From Bdellovibrio sp. (GTDB taxonomy: Bacteria > Bdellovibrionota > Bdellovibrionia > Bdellovibrionales > Bdellovibrionaceae), in the NCBI GenBank assembly GCA_036677065.1, contig JAKFBS010000001.1, forward strand, positions 512,001-576,000: 64,000 nt of DNA, in the 5' to 3' direction. Under the pieces are notes generated by a model. The model saw only the letters and a program-made list of their open reading frames with translations. It had not been told where the DNA came from and ran no database searches. Below, piece by piece: positions 19,170-30,600 of this stretch. How positions within the stretch are numbered: position 1 is the stretch's first letter; each line of letters begins with the position of its first letter. The position numbers and the translations under genes are program-made.

Positions 19170-21824
19170 ATGTTTCAAAAGATAGCAGCAAAATTATTCG
19201 GCACTCACCACGATCGCGAGATGAAAAAGATCCAGCCAACGGTGGATAAAATCAATTCTTACGAAGAAGCGATGAAAAAACTGTCGGATGACGAATTAAA
19301 AAATAAAACTAACGAATTCAAAGCACGTTTAGCTAAAGGCGAAACGGTTGATGATATTATGCCAGAAGCCTTCGCGGTTTGTCGTGAAGCTTCAAAACGT
19401 ACGTTAGGCATGCGCCATTACGATGTGCAAATGATCGGCGGAGTAGTTTTAAATCGCGGTGGTATTGCTGAGATGCGTACTGGTGAAGGTAAAACTTTAG
19501 TTGCTACACTTCCTGTTTATTTAAATGCGCTTACTGGTAAAGGTGTTCACGTTGTATCGGTGAATGATTACTTAGTTCGTCGTGACTGCGAAGAGATGAG
19601 CAGAATTTATAACTGGTTAGGCCTAACTTCGGCGGTTGTCGTTCATGGTTTATCAGATGATCAGCGTCGTGCGGCTTACAATGCAGATATCACATATTGC
19701 ACAAACAATGAAATCGGTTTCGATTATCTTCGTGATAATATGAAATTTGATTTAAATGATTACGTTCAACGTAAACCACACTTTGCCATCGTGGATGAGT
19801 GCGATTCGATCTTAATCGATGAAGCGCGTACTCCGTTGATCATTTCAGGTCCTGCAGAAGCATCGACTGATAAGTATTATACAATTGATAAAATTATTCC
19901 GTTCTTGAAAAAAGATTTACATTTCACGATCGAAGAAAAATCAAAATCTGCTTCATTAACTGAAGAGGGTAATCAAGAAGTCGAAAAATTATTAAAATTA
20001 GATAACTTATACGATCCACAAAATATTGAAATTCTTCACCACGTTAACCAAGCGTTACGTGCGCATAATCTTTACCGCTTAGATGTTGAGTACATGATTA
20101 AAGATGGCGAAATCGTGATCGTCGATGAATTTACTGGCCGTTTGATGCCGGGTCGCCGCTGGTCAGATGGTTTACATCAGGCGATCGAAGCCAAAGAAAA
20201 AGTTGAAGTTAAAAATGAAAATCAAACTTTAGCGACAATTACTTTTCAAAATTACTTTCGTATGTATGATAAACTTTCTGGCATGACAGGTACGGCAGAT
20301 ACAGAAGCTGTCGAGTTCAGAAAAATCTACAACTTAAGCGTGAATGTTATTCCGACGAACAAACCAATTCGCCGTGATGATAAAGAAGATATCGTTTTCA
20401 AAACTGAAAATGCTAAATACAAAGCGATCGTAAACGATATTCGTGAGCGTCACGCCAAAGGCCAACCAGTATTAGTCGGTACCGCTTCGATTGAAAAATC
20501 AGAGGCGATTTCAAGATTCTTAAAAAATGAAGGTATCCGTCATGACGTTTTAAATGCGAAACATCACGAACGCGAAGCCGAAATTATCGCCCTTGCAGGT
20601 CGTAAAGGTTCAATCACTATCGCTACAAATATGGCCGGTCGTGGAACTGACATTCGCTTAGGTGGTAATCCTGAAGTTCTGGCTAAAAAAGCAGTTGATG
20701 ATGAATCAACTCCAGAATACGCAGAAGCTTTAAAAAAATATAAAGCACAAGTAGAAGCTGAAAAACAAGAAGTGTTAGCAGCTGGTGGATTGTATATCGT
20801 AGGTACTGAGCGCCATGAATCACGTCGTATTGATAATCAATTACGTGGTCGTGCCGGACGTCAAGGTGACCCGGGCGAATCAATGTTCTACTTATCGTTA
20901 GAAGATAATTTAATGCGTATCTTTAATGGTGAGCGTATTCAAAAAATCATGACGATGTTAAATATTCCAGAAGATGAACCAATTGTTCATAAAATGGTAA
21001 CGAACGCTATCGAAGGCGCGCAAAGAAAAGTCGAAGGTCACAACTTTGATATTCGTAAGCATTTACTTGATTACGATGATGTGATGAACCAACAAAGAAA
21101 TGCGATTTACAAATTACGTCGTAAAATCCTTGAAGGTACAGATTTAGAACGCACAATCTTAGATTACTTAGGTGATGTTGTTTCAAATATTTTAGATAGT
21201 TTTATTGCGGCAGATGCAAAACCAAGTGATTGGAATTTAGAGGGTTTAAACAACGCTTTAATGCAACAATTTGGATTCCGCGTAGCAACCGAGGGTAGAA
21301 AAGCCGCTGAAATTGAGACTGAAATCACAGATAATGTTAAAAAAATCTATGATATGCAGAAAAAATCAATGGGTCCTTTCTATGAGCAGATCGCTAAGAT
21401 GATTTTATTAAATGCGATTGATCAAAAATGGAAAGAACACTTGTACACGATCGATAAAGTTAAAGAAGGTATTAACCTTCGTGCTTACGGCCAAAAAGAT
21501 CCATTAATCGAATACAAAAAAGAAGCCTTCTTGGCTTTTGAAAATTTAAATCATGCGATCAAAGGCGAATCTGTTGAAAAAATCATGCGCGTACAATTAA
21601 TGGGTGAAGGTTTGCAAGAAGCCATTGAAAGAATGCGTCCAGAAGAAACAGATATGGATGAATTAAATTTTTCGGCTCCGGATGAAAATGCTGCGTTTTC
21701 TGCGCCTGTAGGTTCTGGCCTGGATACAGTTCCCGAAGCTTCCACAAAACGTAAAATTGTAACTGGTCCGCCCCGTGGTGATGATCGACCAACGAATCGT
21801 GCGGATCGCCGGAAGAAAAAATAA
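19170..21824 (+). CDS. secA: Preprotein translocase ATPase SecA
   Basis: [11 protein letters not shown]alker [38 protein letters not shown] and [18 protein letters not shown]. Start at [11 protein letters not shown]. Confidence 0.98.
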   Translation: MFQKIAAKLFGTHHDREMKKIQPTVDKINSYEEAMKKLSDDELKNKTNEFKARLAKGETVDDIMPEAFAVCREASKRTLGMRHYDVQMIGGVVLNRGGIAEMRTGEGKTLVATLPVYLNALTGKGVHVVSVNDYLVRRDCEEMSRIYNWLGLTSAVVVHGLSDDQRRAAYNADITYCTNNEIGFDYLRDNMKFDLNDYVQRKPHFAIVDECDSILIDEARTPLIISGPAEASTDKYYTIDKIIPFLKKDLHFTIEEKSKSASLTEEGNQEVEKLLKLDNLYDPQNIEILHHVNQALRAHNLYRLDVEYMIKDGEIVIVDEFTGRLMPGRRWSDGLHQAIEAKEKVEVKNENQTLATITFQNYFRMYDKLSGMTGTADTEAVEFRKIYNLSVNVIPTNKPIRRDDKEDIVFKTENAKYKAIVNDIRERHAKGQPVLVGTASIEKSEAISRFLKNEGIRHDVLNAKHHEREAEIIALAGRKGSITIATNMAGRGTDIRLGGNPEVLAKKAVDDESTPEYAEALKKYKAQVEAEKQEVLAAGGLYIVGTERHESRRIDNQLRGRAGRQGDPGESMFYLSLEDNLMRIFNGERIQKIMTMLNIPEDEPIVHKMVTNAIEGAQRKVEGHNFDIRKHLLDYDDVMNQQRNAIYKLRRKILEGTDLERTILDYLGDVVSNILDSFIAADAKPSDWNLEGLNNALMQQFGFRVATEGRKAAEIETEITDNVKKIYDMQKKSMGPFYEQIAKMILLNAIDQKWKEHLYTIDKVKEGINLRAYGQKDPLIEYKKEAFLAFENLNHAIKGESVEKIMRVQLMGEGLQEAIERMRPEETDMDELNFSAPDENAAFSAPVGSGLDTVPEASTKRKIVTGPPRGDDRPTNRADRRKKK

Positions 21825-22588
21825 TGCAATGTCCGAGCTGTCAAAAAGAAGTCAGCGTTCAAGATAAAGATGTGGGGGCTCTGTTTACTTGCCCTCAATG
21901 TCGAAGCGTTTACTTTATTAATTTTGATGGCACCCCTGAATACGGCGATGTCGATCAGCCTTCAGCTGAAGAGTTAGAAAAACTACAAAATCAATCAATA
22001 CCCGAGAAAAAAAAGAAAAAGAAAAAAAGTAAATCAGATGAAACTGAAGCCGAAGAGTTAGAAGCACAGGCTGCGGGTTTTGAAATGGAAGTTCCGGCAA
22101 TGGAGATGTCTCCTGTCGATACGCCAGCATTTGAAATACAATCAGAACCCGCTCCATTTACTTTAGAAGAACAACCTGCAGATACATTTCAAATAGAGCC
22201 TGAGCCAGAACCGATACCGTTTGAAGCGTTCCCTACAGAGATACCTTCAATCGAAAATATATCTTACGAAGCCCCGCAAACCACGAGCGGACAAGATTTT
22301 TCATCGATTGCCTCTGAAATTGAAACTTTTGGTAATCAACACACTGCTGTTGCGGGCATTAGTTACGATCTTGAAATCACAGGCCTTGATACGAAACAAT
22401 CGCAAGAGCTTTTGCGTGAAGCTATTGATGATGCCCGTTTTGGCTGGCACCCCGAGGATATCGTTCGCGAAATCAGAACGGGCACTTGTCATTTGAAAAA
22501 TTTAACCCCGGTGCAGGCTTTTGTAATCGCGCGCCGAATTCAATTTATTGATGTGCAAATGAAATGGAAACAACATGTATTGGCTTAA
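21824..22588 (+). CDS. Zinc-ribbon domain protein with acidic linker
   Basis: N-terminal CPSC...CPQC, a Lys run, an acidic Pro/Glu linker and a compact C-terminal domain; TAATG overlap with secA. Confidence 0.75.
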   Translation: MQCPSCQKEVSVQDKDVGALFTCPQCRSVYFINFDGTPEYGDVDQPSAEELEKLQNQSIPEKKKKKKKSKSDETEAEELEAQAAGFEMEVPAMEMSPVDTPAFEIQSEPAPFTLEEQPADTFQIEPEPEPIPFEAFPTEIPSIENISYEAPQTTSGQDFSSIASEIETFGNQHTAVAGISYDLEITGLDTKQSQELLREAIDDARFGWHPEDIVREIRTGTCHLKNLTPVQAFVIARRIQFIDVQMKWKQHVLA

Positions 22589-23177
22589 GCGTCTAACTCT
22601 AGTTGTAACAACTGTATGTCTAACTGAAGCCTTTGCCAGTGATAAACCGGCAGAGGGGGATAAAGCCAAAACACCTGCGAAAGACATGGTTTATTCAGGA
22701 GCGCAAAGCGAAGAATGGTCAAAAATTCAAAAAGACGTTCAAACCGCAAAGATAAAATTTGAAAACGATAAAAAAACTCTCGAAGATTTAAAACACTCAG
22801 CTGAGATGCAAGAAAACCTGTCAAAAGACTCTTTGGCGAAAATTAATGAAGCCAAGAAGACGATGAAAGCTTCGCAAGCGAATTACCTGCGCTTTTTAAA
22901 TCAGTATAATTTGCGTTTTCCAGAAAAAGGCCTAGATGTTGGGCGGAAGTACGAGCGCACAGATTCTGAGCGTGATGGTATTGAGACTGTGGAAGAAAAG
23001 CCACAAGGTGTTGAAGCAAAGCTCAGAAGATTAAACCGTAACATAAAACATCAGTACTTAAATGCTGAAGACCCTAAGAAAAAGCCTAAGAAAAAACAAA
23101 GTTCTGATGAAACCAGCGAAACTTTGCCGCAAACTCCAGCCGCTGATGTGACCGACGAAATCACGATCGAAAAATAG
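22575..23177 (+). CDS. Secreted hypothetical coiled-coil protein
   Basis: Signal peptide ending AFA; charged helical body; overlaps the upstream stop. Confidence 0.7.
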   Translation: MYWLKRLTLVVTTVCLTEAFASDKPAEGDKAKTPAKDMVYSGAQSEEWSKIQKDVQTAKIKFENDKKTLEDLKHSAEMQENLSKDSLAKINEAKKTMKASQANYLRFLNQYNLRFPEKGLDVGRKYERTDSERDGIETVEEKPQGVEAKLRRLNRNIKHQYLNAEDPKKKPKKKQSSDETSETLPQTPAADVTDEITIEK

Positions 23178-23334
23178 CTCATAAAATTCAAAACTGTTTT
23201 GCCTAATTGCTGCGCAACCAACTTTCATTTCGCTTTCAATCTTTAAATTGATCGAACTATCTAATTACTATATAAGTATTTAATATCCCTAAAAAAGATA
23301 AGACCTTCAGATCGTGAAAAGGAGTGGCCTTTCT

Positions 23335-23847
23335 ATGTCATCACAAAAAGATTATCACAACAGCGGTGGACTTATTGCCTTACTTGGCTCAGTCGTTTTT
23401 GTTTTCGTTTTTTTCTATTATATCGTTTACATCAACAAAGGTGTTGATCTTGCAGAAAATGTAACTGAGCCAGCAAAGCCAGGCGAAGTACAATTTGATT
23501 TAGCATCTGTAAAAGAACCATGGGTGCCTAATGAACAAGTTCTTGCTGTCGGTGCAAAACTCTTCAAGCAAAACTGTGCTGTTTGTCACGGAGCTAAAGG
23601 TGATTTAGTCGGTGGTATTCCAAACTCTCGTAATCTAGTAGAAGGCGCATGGAAAGCTGGTGGCGGCATGATCGGTCACTATAAAGTTTTGCAAAATGGT
23701 TTACCCGGAACTCAGATGGTTTCGTTCAAAGCGACTCTTAAACCAAATGAACGTTGGGCTGTTGTTCAATTTATTGAATCAATCACAAATAATAAATCAA
23801 AAGACAAACCAGAAGACGTAGCCACTTTCGCGGCGACTGCTGATTAA
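23335..23847 (+). CDS. Membrane-anchored c-type cytochrome
   Basis: TM helix, CAVCH heme motif and distal Met (GTQM); AGGAG RBS; first gene of the oxidase operon. Confidence 0.88.
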   Translation: MSSQKDYHNSGGLIALLGSVVFVFVFFYYIVYINKGVDLAENVTEPAKPGEVQFDLASVKEPWVPNEQVLAVGAKLFKQNCAVCHGAKGDLVGGIPNSRNLVEGAWKAGGGMIGHYKVLQNGLPGTQMVSFKATLKPNERWAVVQFIESITNNKSKDKPEDVATFAATAD

Positions 23848-23855
23848 TTAATTTA

Positions 23856-24704
23856 ATGAAAAAACTTTTCGTGCTTTTCTTATTAATAGGTTTAAATTCT
23901 TGGGCGGACAACATGCCGATTCCAGGAACTTTGCCTACCTATACAGGAACACAAAAAGAATCGAATTCAGCAAATGTTCCTGAAGAGCTTAAGGGTGTTG
24001 GTATCAAAGAACACTTGGGCGAATCTATTGATTTAAATTTACAAGTACGTAATGAAGCTGGCCAATTAGTGACTTTGGGTTCATTTTTTAAATCACATAA
24101 ACCGGTGATGTTAAGCCCTGTGTATTTTAATTGTCCGGGACTTTGTAATTTTCACTTTAACGGCGTTATAGAAACACTGCAAAATATTGACTGGAGCCCG
24201 GGCGATAAATTTGAAGTGATTGCATTTAGTTTTGATTCTAAAGAAGGCGCTGAGCTTGCGCAGGCTAAAAAAGCCAACTACATGAAAATGTATAACCGCG
24301 CAGGTACTGAAGGCGGCTTTCATTTCTTATCAGCTGACGAAGCGACAATTAAAAAATTAACGGCTTCATTAGGTTTTGAATATCGTTGGAATGCTCAAGC
24401 CAATGAATGGTCACACGCATCTGCTGCGATCGTGATTACTCCAGAGGGAAAAATCTCTAGATATTTACATGGTATTGCCTTTGAACCAAAAGACATGAAG
24501 CTGGCATTGAACGAAGCTTCAAATGGTAAAATCGGTAATTTGATAGATTCAGTTGTTTTATTTTGTTTCAAGTATGATGAACATAAATCCAAGTATGGCC
24601 TTGAGGTCTTTCGAGTTGTGCAACTCGGAGGCGCTTTGATGGTTCTGATCTTGGCCTTTTGGTTAACGCCTACGTTAATCAAAGCGGGAAGGGAGAAAGT
24701 GTAG
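23856..24704 (+). CDS. SCO1/SenC family copper chaperone
   Basis: YFNCPGLC CxxxC motif, conserved His (WSHAS) and TPEGKISRY; located in the cox operon. Confidence 0.9.
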   Translation: MKKLFVLFLLIGLNSWADNMPIPGTLPTYTGTQKESNSANVPEELKGVGIKEHLGESIDLNLQVRNEAGQLVTLGSFFKSHKPVMLSPVYFNCPGLCNFHFNGVIETLQNIDWSPGDKFEVIAFSFDSKEGAELAQAKKANYMKMYNRAGTEGGFHFLSADEATIKKLTASLGFEYRWNAQANEWSHASAAIVITPEGKISRYLHGIAFEPKDMKLALNEASNGKIGNLIDSVVLFCFKYDEHKSKYGLEVFRVVQLGGALMVLILAFWLTPTLIKAGREKV

Positions 24705-24706
24705 CC

Positions 24707-25675
24707 ATGATGTGGTTATTTAGTCTAATAAACAGGGCAAATGCCCAGACATTTATGCCGACCGAGGGCTCGGATATCGCAACGAGAGTTGATAATCTGT
24801 ATGGATTTTTAATTGCTACTAGCTTTATCTCTTGCGCGATTTTAATCGGTGGTATGGTTTACTTTGCGGTAAAATATAAACGCAAAAGTGATAACGATAA
24901 AGTTGCGTACATCACACACGACACTCGTTTAGAAATTATATGGTCAGTGATTCCATTGATTATTTTCTTAGTGGTGTTTGCATGGGGATGGATCATTTAC
25001 CATGATATGCGCAAAATGCCAGAAAACGCTTTAGAAATTCATGTGACTGGCCGCCAATGGGCTTGGATGACTGAATATAAAAACGGTGTAAAATCTCCTG
25101 ATATCGTTGTGCCAGTTGGCCGCGACATCAAAATCGTTTTATCTGCTGAAGATGTTCTTCACTCATTATACATTCCTAGTTTTCGTGTAAAACAAGATGC
25201 GGTGCCGGGGCGTTATACAGCTTTATGGTTTAAAGCTGATAAAATGGGTGAGTTTCATGTGTTTTGTACTGAGTTTTGCGGAACTTCGCACTCAGGCATG
25301 ATCACTAAATTAAGAGTCATATCTCAAGAAGATTTCGATAAATGGTTAATCGAAGAATCTGAAATTTCAACTTTGCCAATTGCTCAACGTGGAGCAAAAA
25401 TTTTCAACACTCGCGCCTGTGCTTCTTGCCACAACGTCGACAATCCAAGTGTTAAAATCGGTCCAAGTTTATTTCAGGCTTTTGGTAAATCAGGAGCTCT
25501 TGAAGATGGCACAACAGTAACCTTAGATGAAAACTATCTACGTGAATCTATTCTTAATTCGCAGTCTCAAATCGCAAAAGGTTTCGGACCGCGTTCAGCA
25601 ATGCCGGCTTTCCAAGGTCAGCTTTCTGAAGCCGAAGTTACGGCGTTAATTGAATATATCAAATCACTTAAGTAA
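24707..25675 (+). CDS. coxB: Cytochrome c oxidase subunit II with fused cytochrome c (caa3 type)
   Basis: Two TM helices, LEIIWSVIP, CuA motif DVLHS...CTEFCGTSHSGM and C-terminal CASCH. Confidence 0.95.
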   Translation: MMWLFSLINRANAQTFMPTEGSDIATRVDNLYGFLIATSFISCAILIGGMVYFAVKYKRKSDNDKVAYITHDTRLEIIWSVIPLIIFLVVFAWGWIIYHDMRKMPENALEIHVTGRQWAWMTEYKNGVKSPDIVVPVGRDIKIVLSAEDVLHSLYIPSFRVKQDAVPGRYTALWFKADKMGEFHVFCTEFCGTSHSGMITKLRVISQEDFDKWLIEESEISTLPIAQRGAKIFNTRACASCHNVDNPSVKIGPSLFQAFGKSGALEDGTTVTLDENYLRESILNSQSQIAKGFGPRSAMPAFQGQLSEAEVTALIEYIKSLK

Positions 25676-25688
25676 TTAGGGAGAGCAA

Positions 25689-27305
25689 ATGGGAAACGCA
25701 GCTCACGGCAGTAATTATATAAATGCAGAAAAAGGTCTGATGTCATGGCTTACATCATTAGATCATAAACGAATTGGTATTCTTTATTTTGTAACAATAT
25801 TATTTTTCTTTTTAGTCGGCGGTACTTTCGCATTATTATTAAGACTTGAATTGTTTGCACCTAATGTGAATGCCGCAGGCCAAGCAGTAGCTGGCGCGAT
25901 TTTTAAAAACGGCGACACCTACAATCAGGCTTTAACTTATCACGGCGCAATCATGGTTTTCATGGTTATCGTTCCCGGAATTCCGGCGATTTTTGGTAAC
26001 TTCTTTTTGCCGTTACAAATTGGTGCAAAAGATGTGGCCTTCCCGAAATTAAACTTAGCTAGCTGGTACATGTTGATGATTGGCGCAACGATGGCCATTG
26101 CAACAATGTTTTTAAATAAAGTTGATACAGGATGGACGTTCTATACCCCTTATTCAATCCGCAGCAGTGGCTCAGTATCATTGATGGTGGCAGCGGTTTT
26201 CATTATGGGGATGTCTTCTGTATTCACTGGTTTGAATATGATTGCTACAATTCATAAATTACGTGCTCCAGGAATGACGTTTCATAGAATGCCATTGTTT
26301 TGCTGGGCGATTTATTCGACTTCAATTCTACAAGTTTTAGCGACTCCGATTTTAGCGATCACGTTGTTATTATTAGCGATGGAACGCGTTTTTGGGGTAG
26401 GTATCTTCGATCCTAAACTTGGTGGCGATCCGGTATTGTTCCAGCATTTCTTCTGGTTCTACTCGCATCCTGCAGTTTACATCATGATCTTACCAGCGAT
26501 GGGCGTTATTTCTGAGTTATTAACTACTTACTCGAAAAAAACGATCTTCGGTTATACAGCGATTGCTTATTCGTCATTAGGTATCGCTGGCGTTTCATTC
26601 TTCGTTTGGGGACATCATATGTATGTTTCTGGACAATCTGAACTAGCCGGTGTGATCTTCTCATTCTTAACAATGCTAGTAGGGGTTCCGACAGCGATTA
26701 AGATGTTCAACTGGCTTGCGACTCTTTACAAAGGTTCAATCGAATTCACAGCTTCAATGTTATACGCCATGGGATTCATGTTCTTATTCGTCATCGGTGG
26801 TGTGACTGGGATTATGTTGGCCGTATTACCAATCGATGTTCATTTCCATGATACTTATTTCGTAGTCGCGCATTTCCATTACGTAATGGTGGGCGGAACA
26901 TTAATGGCATTAATGGGAGCGATCTATCACTGGTTCCCGAAAATGTTCGGTAAGATGTACAACGAAGGAATGGCTCGCGCCTCTTTCGTATTTGTATTTA
27001 TCGGATTCAACGTAACATTCTTTCCACAATTTATTTTAGGTGGAATGGGTATGCCTCGTCGTTACTTCGATTACATCCCGGCTTACGAACAGTTAAATAA
27101 AATTTCTACTGTAGGTTCTTGGTTAATCGGTATCGGATTCATCATTGGTCTGATTTCAATTATTCAAGCTTTACGTTCAGGCGCAAAAGCTCCAGCTAAT
27201 CCTTGGGGTTCTAAAACGTTAGAATGGCACACTGAATCTCCACCAATCACACATAACTTTTCACATGAACCACACGTTACAGAGGGGCCATATGAGTACA
27301 AGTAA
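25689..27305 (+). CDS. coxA: Cytochrome c oxidase subunit I (type A2)
   Basis: DHKRIG, GWTFY, FWFYSHPAVY (YS motif marks A2), VWGHH, HDTYFVVAHFHY and MPRR. Confidence 0.97.
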   Translation: MGNAAHGSNYINAEKGLMSWLTSLDHKRIGILYFVTILFFFLVGGTFALLLRLELFAPNVNAAGQAVAGAIFKNGDTYNQALTYHGAIMVFMVIVPGIPAIFGNFFLPLQIGAKDVAFPKLNLASWYMLMIGATMAIATMFLNKVDTGWTFYTPYSIRSSGSVSLMVAAVFIMGMSSVFTGLNMIATIHKLRAPGMTFHRMPLFCWAIYSTSILQVLATPILAITLLLLAMERVFGVGIFDPKLGGDPVLFQHFFWFYSHPAVYIMILPAMGVISELLTTYSKKTIFGYTAIAYSSLGIAGVSFFVWGHHMYVSGQSELAGVIFSFLTMLVGVPTAIKMFNWLATLYKGSIEFTASMLYAMGFMFLFVIGGVTGIMLAVLPIDVHFHDTYFVVAHFHYVMVGGTLMALMGAIYHWFPKMFGKMYNEGMARASFVFVFIGFNVTFFPQFILGGMGMPRRYFDYIPAYEQLNKISTVGSWLIGIGFIIGLISIIQALRSGAKAPANPWGSKTLEWHTESPPITHNFSHEPHVTEGPYEYK

Positions 27306-27978
27306 GATGATTAATGGTGTTCCTGTTCAGGAGCACTTTAGAAACGCTCACCATCAGTTCGATACGGCGAAAATGGGGATCTGGTTATTCATGGTAACTG
27401 AGATCTTGATGTTCGGTGGTTTATTCGTAGGCTATGCGATTTTTCACATGATGTATCCTGAGATGTTTTCTGAGGGCGCAAGTTTCTTAGATTGGAAATT
27501 AGGTTTCATTAATACGCTAGTACTTATCTTTTCATCGTTAACGATGGCTTTAGGTATTTATTACACTCAAATTAATCAAATCAAAAAAGCAGTCATCGCA
27601 TTAGTGATAACGATTGTTTGCGGTGCGATTTTCATGGTGATTAAGTATTTCGAATACACGCATAAATTTCACATGGGAATTTATCCTGGAAACCTATTAG
27701 ATTTAGCAAAACTAAATGAGCATTTAACAACCGTAGGATTGCCAACTATCAAAAGCACAAACCTTGGTATGTACTTTGGTTTTTACTTCTGTATGTCAGG
27801 TCTTCACGGTATCCACGTTATTTTAGGAATGGGTTTAATCTCTTGGTGTATCTTCCGTGCAGTTCGTGGTGATTTTAACCCGAATTATTACACGGCGATG
27901 GAAGGTGTTGGGATTTTCTGGCATATCGTCGATTTAGTTTGGATCTTTTTATTTCCGTTACTTTACTTGGTTGGTTAG
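27292..27978 (+). CDS. coxC: Cytochrome c oxidase subunit III
   Basis: GIWLFMVTEILMFGGLF, NTLVLIFSS, GLHGIHV and FWHIVDLVWIFLFPLLY. Confidence 0.95.
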   Translation: MSTSKMINGVPVQEHFRNAHHQFDTAKMGIWLFMVTEILMFGGLFVGYAIFHMMYPEMFSEGASFLDWKLGFINTLVLIFSSLTMALGIYYTQINQIKKAVIALVITIVCGAIFMVIKYFEYTHKFHMGIYPGNLLDLAKLNEHLTTVGLPTIKSTNLGMYFGFYFCMSGLHGIHVILGMGLISWCIFRAVRGDFNPNYYTAMEGVGIFWHIVDLVWIFLFPLLYLVG

Positions 27979-27987
27979 GAGAAAAAT

Positions 27988-28323
27988 ATGGGACATGGAC
28001 ACCACAAGGCAATTACTCCAGATGAACATCACATCACGCCGTTATCAGTATATTTAAAAGTAGCCGGAGCTTTATTTGCTCTGACATTTTTAACAGTTGG
28101 TGCGCATGCGATTCACCACGTATTAGGATCTGCAGCTCCACTAGTAGCTTTTGCTATTGCTGGTGTTAAAGCTTTCTTAGTTATGGCGTACTTCATGCAT
28201 TTGAAATATGAAAGCATTGAAAACAGAGTGGTATTTGCTTTAGGATTTATTTTTCTAATAGTGCTTTTCGTAATTTCGATCACTGATATTTTATCTCGTC
28301 AGTTAATACCAGGAGTTCTTTAA
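27988..28323 (+). CDS. Cytochrome c oxidase subunit IV family protein
   Basis: Three TM helices with IAGVKAFLVMAYFMHLKY; position after subunit III. Confidence 0.88.
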   Translation: MGHGHHKAITPDEHHITPLSVYLKVAGALFALTFLTVGAHAIHHVLGSAAPLVAFAIAGVKAFLVMAYFMHLKYESIENRVVFALGFIFLIVLFVISITDILSRQLIPGVL

Positions 28324-28330
28324 AACTCCT

Positions 28331-29209
28331 GTGTTTAAAATATATTCCCAGCTTACAAAATTTGGAATAGTCATATTCGTACTTTTAGCCGGTTTAGCAG
28401 GATATGCGACCGGCTATTTTGTTGAAACTCCTTTTTCTTGGCCGCATCTTTTAACATTCGTTGGCGGGTTATATTTTTTAAGTTCAGGATCATTAGCACT
28501 TAACCAAGTGCAAGAAATCAAACTCGATCGCTTAATGCCAAGAACACAATCGCGGCCACTAGTTACGGGTGCATTAAAACCTGCAGCCGCTCTAATTATA
28601 TCAATCACTCTGATAATCCTTGGAATCGCCATGCTATTTTCATTAACAGCGATGGCTGGCTGGGTAGGGATTGTGTCGGTTGTGTTATACAACGGTTTAT
28701 ACACTTACATCTGGAAACCTAAATGGGTGTTTGGCGCGGTTCCTGGAGCAGTTCCTGGAGCTTTGCCAATTACGATTGGTTATGCCGCCTGTAATCCAGA
28801 TATTTTTACTTTAGATTCGCTGTATTTATTTTTAATTATGTTCTTATGGCAAATGCCACACTTCTGGTTATTGGCGATGAAATATAAAAAAGATTATAAG
28901 ATGGGTGGAATCCCGACTTTACCTGTAGCCCTAGGTGATCAAAAAACTTTATTTCACATTGGCTTATATACTTTTTGTTATGTCGGAGTCGCGATTGCTT
29001 CGCCATTTTTCTTACAAACCAGCTGGTTATACATTTTATTAATTTTTCCGTTCGCTTTTTTCTTAATGAAAGAATTCTTTCGTCTTTATCGCTCCAATGG
29101 CCAAGAACGCTGGTTCGCGTTTTTTATGTGGGTCAACTTTTCAATGCTGGTTTTCGTTTTTGTACCAGTTATTGATAAGTGGAGTTTTCTTTTCTTACAC
29201 CGCGTCTGA
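28331..29209 (+). CDS. ctaB: Protoheme IX farnesyltransferase (heme o synthase)
   Basis: LTK, NQVQE..LD.LM.RT..RPL, GAVPGALP, FLWQMPHF and DY..GGIPTLP motifs. Confidence 0.93.
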   Translation: MFKIYSQLTKFGIVIFVLLAGLAGYATGYFVETPFSWPHLLTFVGGLYFLSSGSLALNQVQEIKLDRLMPRTQSRPLVTGALKPAAALIISITLIILGIAMLFSLTAMAGWVGIVSVVLYNGLYTYIWKPKWVFGAVPGAVPGALPITIGYAACNPDIFTLDSLYLFLIMFLWQMPHFWLLAMKYKKDYKMGGIPTLPVALGDQKTLFHIGLYTFCYVGVAIASPFFLQTSWLYILLIFPFAFFLMKEFFRLYRSNGQERWFAFFMWVNFSMLVFVFVPVIDKWSFLFLHRV

Positions 29210-29263
29210 TTTCTAGGAAACGATCACTTCTAAACCAGCTTGGCTAATGACGCATTATTATTT

Positions 29264-30091
29264 TTAAAGTTCTTTTAAAGTTTCAAGCACGAATTGGATT
29301 AAATTTTTTCTATCGCTGGTTTTAAATTTTGATTCGTGCGCGATAAGACATAAATCAAAATTCACCAGCTCTTGGCCAATCTGTTCTAAATTGTAAGCTT
29401 CAGCTATTGGACTTGGCAGTATGCCATAACAAGAATCTGCAAAAACACTAGCCGCAATCACTTCATAATTTTGTACCGGCACTAATTTATATTGGTGTGA
29501 CAGTTTTGAAATAATTTTTGGCGCTAGGTACATATCTGGATTGTACATCAGAAGCACATGATTCTTCTTTTTCTTATAAATAGCTACGTGTTCGGCTCTG
29601 ACCTTTTTAGGGATTAGATTTGGATTTTTAATGGGATTAATTACGAATCCTAAATCCAGATCCATGCGATTTACTTTTTGCGTGATTTCGGTCGAAGTAC
29701 CAAACACTGAGGTCAGTTCAAATTCAATATTCTGTTGATAAAGCGCAGGAGCGAGCACGGGTAAAACCGTGCGTGCGATGACAGGGTGATAACCGATAGT
29801 TAAACGTTGTTGCCAGATAGCTAATGATTTTGATTGGTTTTGGGTTTTTAGCCATTCATTTTCTAAATGTTCGGTCACTTCTTTAAGGTGAGCGCCTGAA
29901 GCCGTTAGCTTTAGCCCGCGCGAAGTTCTTTCAAAGAGTTTAGCTTTTTGCCCGTGTTCTAATTGCAGAATGATTTTTGACATGGCTGATTGACCCAGAC
30001 CGTGGATTTCTGCCGCTTTGCTGAGGTTTAAAGTCGCGCAGCAGGTTTTAAAGTACTGGTATTCTTTTTTAAATGGGGTTTCTTTTGTCAT
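29264..30091 (-). CDS. LysR-family transcriptional regulator
   Basis: NLSKAAEIHGLGQSAMSKIILQLE...LFERTSRGLKLT HTH; shortened effector domain; divergent from 30187. Confidence 0.88.
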   Translation of the reverse strand: MTKETPFKKEYQYFKTCCATLNLSKAAEIHGLGQSAMSKIILQLEHGQKAKLFERTSRGLKLTASGAHLKEVTEHLENEWLKTQNQSKSLAIWQQRLTIGYHPVIARTVLPVLAPALYQQNIEFELTSVFGTSTEITQKVNRMDLDLGFVINPIKNPNLIPKKVRAEHVAIYKKKKNHVLLMYNPDMYLAPKIISKLSHQYKLVPVQNYEVIAASVFADSCYGILPSPIAEAYNLEQIGQELVNFDLCLIAHESKFKTSDRKNLIQFVLETLKEL

Positions 30092-30186
30092 TCCTTATAA
30101 GAATACCACATATTCCAAATAGTAAATAACTAAATTAAAGCAGAAGTGCGATATGTAATTTAACCCAAGCGGGTAGGAGATTATTT

Positions 30187-30600
30187 ATGAAATTATTAAT
30201 CATGAGTTTAGTGTTAGTTATCAGTTCTTATTCAATAGCTGGGGTGTTGCCACTTCAGGCTCAGCAAAGCTTAGATGGCGTTGATACTGATATGGTGCTG
30301 GTGGATTCTAAAGGTATGTCACTGTACATCTTTACTCCTGACACACCAGATGTTTCTAACTGCAAAGGTAACTGTCTAAAGGCATGGCCAGCGGCTAGTT
30401 TGACACCAGAAGAAGTTGAAAAAGTAAAAGCTTCAAAAACTTTTGGTGTTATTACCAGAGACGACGGTACCAAGCAGCTCACTCTGGATCGTCGCCCATT
30501 ATACTATTATGTTGGCGATGAAAATCCTGGTGATCGCGTAGGTCAAGGCATCGGTGGCGTGTGGTTTTTATTAAAAGCTAGCTTTTCTTTAAAGGAGTGA
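30187..30600 (+). CDS. Secreted repeat protein (COG4315 / Yx(FWY)xxD family)
   Basis: GMSLYIFTPD, CKGNCLKAWP, R.DG.KQ, PLYYYVGD and GQGIGGVW. Confidence 0.85.
   Translation: MKLLIMSLVLVISSYSIAGVLPLQAQQSLDGVDTDMVLVDSKGMSLYIFTPDTPDVSNCKGNCLKAWPAASLTPEEVEKVKASKTFGVITRDDGTKQLTLDRRPLYYYVGDENPGDRVGQGIGGVWFLLKASFSLKE

Noticed and set aside
22004..22030. Poly-A-rich tract as a phase-variation or frameshift site
   Set aside because: It is interrupted by G and encodes an in-frame Lys run in an intact ORF.
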